Source: a virus (taxonomy: Duplodnaviria; Heunggongvirae; Uroviricota; Caudoviricetes). Taken from it: a stretch of DNA of 17,274 nucleotides. Shown piece by piece: positions 16,391 through 17,274 of the stretch. Made by a program: the position numbers and the translations under genes. The DNA lies in the IMG/VR virus record IMGVR_UViG_2802429232_000009; one strand, 5' to 3'. The notes under the pieces were generated by a model that saw nothing but the letters and a program-made list of their open reading frames with translations, did no database searches and had not been told where the DNA came from. Position 1 is the first letter of the stretch. The number at the start of each line of letters is the position of its first letter.

Positions 16391-16926
16391 ACGATATCTC
16401 CTGATAAGTGAGCGTTTAGTGTCGCCAGATCCCTCCAGTGAAGAATGAAAAAAGCTTTAATAAATAACTTTAAAAAATAGATCCTCTATAAATGAACATG
16501 CTCGCTAATAAATCCACCCATTAATAAAAGAGCAAAAGGTGACCTGGCGAATAAGCGCGTCATTATGCAGGGAAAAGAGGATGGTGGATCGTAGGAGTAG
16601 TCAGTAGTTATTTGATTTTTAAAGTTTGTTTAAGAAAGTTAGCGACTGTGAGGGAAACGATCTTTTTATACTACAGGTAAAATAATACTGTATGTGTATA
16701 CAGTATCGTGTAAAATGATACTCCAGTTGACAAGAAACGTAACGCAAACAATATATTTATTTTGTGAATTTATGGTGTTCATTAATATTAAAAATTTATA
16801 TTTTTGGTGATTGTTTATTTGTTTGTTGAATGTATTGAGTAGCAGTAATGACAACTGCTTAGCGTATATCCGTGGTTTTACACGCATCGGGTCTTATACA
16901 GGATGCAAGATATATGGAGATGAAAA
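16391..16926. promoter_or_regulatory. Divergent AT-rich control region between the lysis/tail operon (leftward) and the Mor-family activator gene (rightward)
   Basis: 536 bp with no ORF of convincing coding character on either strand. Contains the LexA box below, a TAAAAT -10-like hexamer at 16711..16716, a TTGACA at 16727..16732, and three TAATAAA heptamers at about 16459..16528. Confidence 0.6.
16686..16705. promoter_or_regulatory. LexA (SOS) box: TACTGTATGTGTATACAGTA
   Basis: Perfect CTGT-N8-ACAG palindrome with the conserved flanking TA dinucleotides. Differs from the enterobacterial consensus TACTGTATATATATACAGTA only at two central spacer positions. A -10-like TAAAAT lies 5 bp to its right, so the box overlaps the -35/spacer of a candidate rightward promoter. 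Confidence 0.6.
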
Positions 16927-17274
16927 ATGATACGAAAATCAAAAGAGATGGCCCGGACACCGGAGATCATTAACGACCTGGCGTTTCATGCATCGCAAGT
17001 TCTGATTGAGAGCATCAATCTCGACAGCTCATCGGCGGAAAATGTGGGCTTTGCCATTGCTGACCGAATGATGCGTAACTGGGGGGGGCAAAGCATTTAT
17101 TTCCCGAAAGGGATCTCTGGACGGGCGTCGGAGCGTGACTACCAAATCTATAGCGAGTGCGATGGTCGCAACTACGCCGAATTAGCGAAGAAATATAATC
17201 TGACGCTGCAATGGATTTATAAGATAGTGAAACGCGTACATGCGGAAAAGCAACAGCGCCGTAGTAATTCGTAA
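16927..17274 (+). CDS. Mor/C-family phage transcriptional activator (115 aa)
   Basis: C-terminal region GGQSIYFPKGISGRASERDYQIYSECDGRNYAELAKKYNLTLQWIYKIVKRV aligns by eye with the DNA-binding C-terminal domain of Mu Mor (GGGQVYIPRG ... DFNGRNVSELTTRYGVTFNTVYKAIRRM). GGAG Shine-Dalgarno 7 nt upstream; stop TAA at 17272..17274, the window edge. Confidence 0.85.
   Translation: MIRKSKEMARTPEIINDLAFHASQVLIESINLDSSSAENVGFAIADRMMRNWGGQSIYFPKGISGRASERDYQIYSECDGRNYAELAKKYNLTLQWIYKIVKRVHAEKQQRRSNS

Noticed and set aside
16666-16887. 73-aa minus-strand ORF in the divergent control region
   Set aside because: Lies in very AT-rich DNA. Its product is dominated by Ile/Asn/Lys/Leu/Tyr as expected from random AT-rich sequence. 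No ribosome-binding site. It spans the LexA box and promoter-like elements, so is more plausibly regulatory DNA than coding.
1-17274. CRISPR arrays, tRNA/rRNA genes, integrase or att sites
   Set aside because: No regularly spaced direct repeats with unique spacers, no cloverleaf-compatible tRNA-like sequence noticed, and no ORF resembling a tyrosine/serine recombinase or transposase. The only repeats are the in-frame coding repeats in the fiber and tape measure genes.

Overview
This window is almost entirely one leftward (minus-strand) operon of about 15 kb encoding a complete contractile-tail (myovirus-type) morphogenesis module in the gene order of phage Mu, preceded by a lysis cassette. 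The order is: 3-TM membrane protein, lytic transglycosylase, TM/coiled-coil protein, two small tail-completion-type ORFs, sheath, tube, chaperone, tape measure, gpU-like, gpX-like, gpD-like, gpV-like spike, gpW-like, gpJ-like, gpI-like, tail fiber, tail-fiber assembly protein, and a small unknown ORF. A Mor/C-family transcriptional activator is encoded divergently at the right edge (16927..17274). The 536-bp AT-rich region between them contains a near-consensus LexA (SOS) box. No terminase, portal, capsid, integrase, replication or transposition gene is present in the window. My main hypothesis is therefore an SOS-inducible, Mor-activated, Mu-type phage-tail-like bacteriocin (tailocin); the alternative is a rearranged or defective Mu-like prophage whose head genes lie outside the window. 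The left end (1..1152) is a compositionally distinct AT-rich GT4 glycosyltransferase gene separated from the tail operon by an AT-rich spacer. All protein-family assignments are by-eye motif recognition and gene order, not database searches. Gene starts were refined from the ORF track using start codons, Shine-Dalgarno motifs and stop/start overlaps.
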